DNA of 63,078 bases, the filler included, from Dirinaria sp. TL-2023a (taxonomy: Eukaryota), in NCBI GenBank assembly GCA_051941275.1. It is 7 parts of 7 records of this genome, joined end to end, with 100 filler letters (N's around TTAATTAATTAA, not from the genome) between each part and the next. Parts side by side here need not be neighbours in the genome. Positions count along the whole stretch, not along the records: positions 54,175 to 63,078 come from JAVEBF010001126.1; 6 more parts are not named here. One strand, 5' to 3'. The notes beneath the pieces are model-generated. The model saw only the letters and a program-made list of their open reading frames with translations. It had not been told where the DNA came from and did not search any database. Both the position numbers and the translations under genes were made by a program. Position 1 is the stretch's first letter, and each line of letters starts with the position of its first letter. This document shows, one piece after another, positions 61,401-63,078 of the stretch.

Positions 61401-63078
61401 AGAGGGTGTGGCATTATTTCTAATTGACAGCTCTATAGTCAGATCCGAGAACGACTATGAAAAGGTTCTTGAAGGCGCTGCTCGTGCAGGTTTTGTTGAT
61501 GTAGTCGAAAAACTCCAAGAACCACCATTCCGGTTCTTTACGAACAGCACCCCTGATCAAGTCAGGAAGAAGACGAGGGAGGCCATAGAAGGGGGCCAGC
61601 TTGGCGTCATTCGTCAATTCCTTGATCAGCAAACAAACAGGAGAGATGTATTGCCATTAGACGGCATTGCCCTTGCGACCTTGTACAATCATAGGACCCG
61701 AGTACAATTCCTCCTAGGCGAAGGTCTGAGTGTACAAGCCGAAGGAGCATTTGGAACGCCGCTGAGGACAGCTTGTCTTCTCAACTACCAGCCCATAGCT
61801 CGCTTGTTATTGGACAGAGGGGCAGATATCAATTCTTGCGGAGTCTTTGATGACGCACTTCAAGCTGCGACGATGAAGAGGCACACAAAGATTGCAAAAC
61901 TCATCACAGAAGAAGACGCCAATGTGAATCAGCAAGGCGGGTTCTATGGAGGGCCCTGCAAGGCAGGGTGGAAGTGTCTAGATGCCATGGCACTATTGCC
62001 ACTTTCGGGATGGCAGTTATTGTCGTCTCAAAAACTTTTTCGAATACGATTAAAAATTTCAACGACGAAATTTTCATCAGAGATTTTTGACATTATACAT
62101 GACAGTTTTTTAGATGACAGTTTTTTGATCGACTTGATTGCAAATTTGCAAAAAATTTTCGATTTTTTTCGCATTATACATGACAGTTTTTTTATCAGTG
62201 ACAAAATGTCGAATTTGTCGATATATAACATATAATGTTTCATCGACATTTTTTTTGATTTTCATATTTGTTTCATCGTCTGTTTATTATCGCACTCGAT
62301 ATCGCATTGCGAAAACGTTTTCTGATTCACTCATTTCAGATATCGATCGCGTAAATAGATGAAGTTGCTGACGTTTGAGACAGCATGTTTTTGAGGCAGG
62401 TTTTGCTTGCTAGATAGTCGCTTTTGGCGCCGGCGAAGCCCAAAATCTAATATAGTGACTTACATCATTTGGTCCCCATGAGGCATCGAAAGCACTTCCA
62501 CAGCTCCACAAGCTGCAGCATACCATGGTCATCACAGTACAGTAGAGTTTTTGCTTGACGCTGGTGCTGATGTGCATGCTAAAGGGTACTCCAAGGATGC
62601 TTTTCATGCTGCTGCCGAAGGAGGACTTCAAGATGTCATAATGCTGATGCTTCGAAAGGGCTATCAGATCCATCATCCATTAAGCAAGCGACGGTTTTTC
62701 AGGGGAAAACCGTCGCCGTATAAAGCACTGATGCGAGATGCATCTCCTGGACGTGTTCTTGATCCGTCTAGAAAGACAGTCATTTCGAGCTTGGGAAGTT
62801 GACTCTGCTACAGCCACGAGGCCTATTATCAAGCTAGAGACCGTTTTCAGATTAGCAGAACAAAACCCAGAGATGATTGGGGTGCAATCCGAGAAGGTCC
62901 CAAATGCTGGCTACATTTCGAGATCCTACGCACGGCATCGGGAAAATTATCCACTTGAGGCTGCCGCTTCAGCGGGCCAAGAAGCGAGTGTCAAAGTGCT
63001 TTTGGAACAACGTGAGGTGTTGGGCATTCCAGAAGACGAGATCAGTGATGCTATCAAACTGACTGCCTCAAATTCTCA
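58458..63078 (+). pseudogene. NLR-like STAND gene (helical N-terminal domain - NACHT - ankyrin repeats), disrupted
   Basis: N-domain RWKF...VRDV..K..RW..RFK..GD..AQY.P.H.SL.WA..RF.LQ; Walker A HGITGSGKS; Walker B IIIDAID; KVLVTSR; FLWVKLQ; IRFAHES; ankyrin repeats. In-frame TGA at 59526, 59598, 60547 and 60865, and an insertion near 61960-62500. Confidence 0.9.
61962..62503. mobile_element. Non-autonomous TIR-bounded (MITE-like) insertion in the ankyrin region
   Basis: The ankyrin frame QGGFYG resumes about 550 bp later as QAAAYHGH. Imperfect inverted ends GTGGAAGTG..GATGCC.ATGG / CCATG.GGCATC..CACTTCCAC. Internal direct repeat cattatacatgacagtttttt. Exact ends are uncertain. Confidence 0.7.

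Noticed and set aside
1..63078. A single gene cluster linking PKS, NLR, helicase and Ada genes
   Set aside because: Apart from the PKS/NLR pair, these lie on different contigs joined artificially.

Overview
This is not continuous chromosome. It is seven unrelated contigs of about 8.9 kb, sorted by decreasing length (8939, 8938, 8935, 8934, 8917, 8911, 8904 bp) and joined by an artificial 100-bp linker (N44-TTAATTAATTAA-N44). The DNA is from a filamentous ascomycete (Pezizomycotina), judged from short spliceosomal introns and fungal gene families. A lichen-forming or related lineage is only my impression. Contig 1: Ada-like regulator, flavin-reductase-like protein, aldo-keto reductase, kelch-like protein. 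Contig 2: ada-1-type bZIP factor, STM1, NoxR-like TPR protein. Contig 3: ADE6 (partial), RPL4, BTB protein. Contig 4: OTU1, RSC1/2, an orphan gene, INP1 (partial). Contig 5: decayed accessory DNA with an SF1 helicase relic and a retrotransposon gag relic. Contig 6: UBR1 (partial), PilB-type eisosome protein, metallophosphoesterase. Contig 7: a reducing-PKS relic and a NACHT-ankyrin NLR pseudogene with a TIR-bounded insertion. Most interesting observations: (1) an intronless protein colinear with bacterial Ada that stops just before the O6-alkyltransferase catalytic part, divergently paired with a flavin-reductase-like gene across a spacer with three TTRGCAGCAA motifs; (2) a RIP-like mutation signature at GG/CC dinucleotides rather than CpA (TGG>TGA, Gly>Asp/Glu, and about 380 bp with no GG or CC); (3) an apparent AT-AG intron in RPL4. 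Gene models and family calls were made by eye from remembered family motifs. No searches were run.
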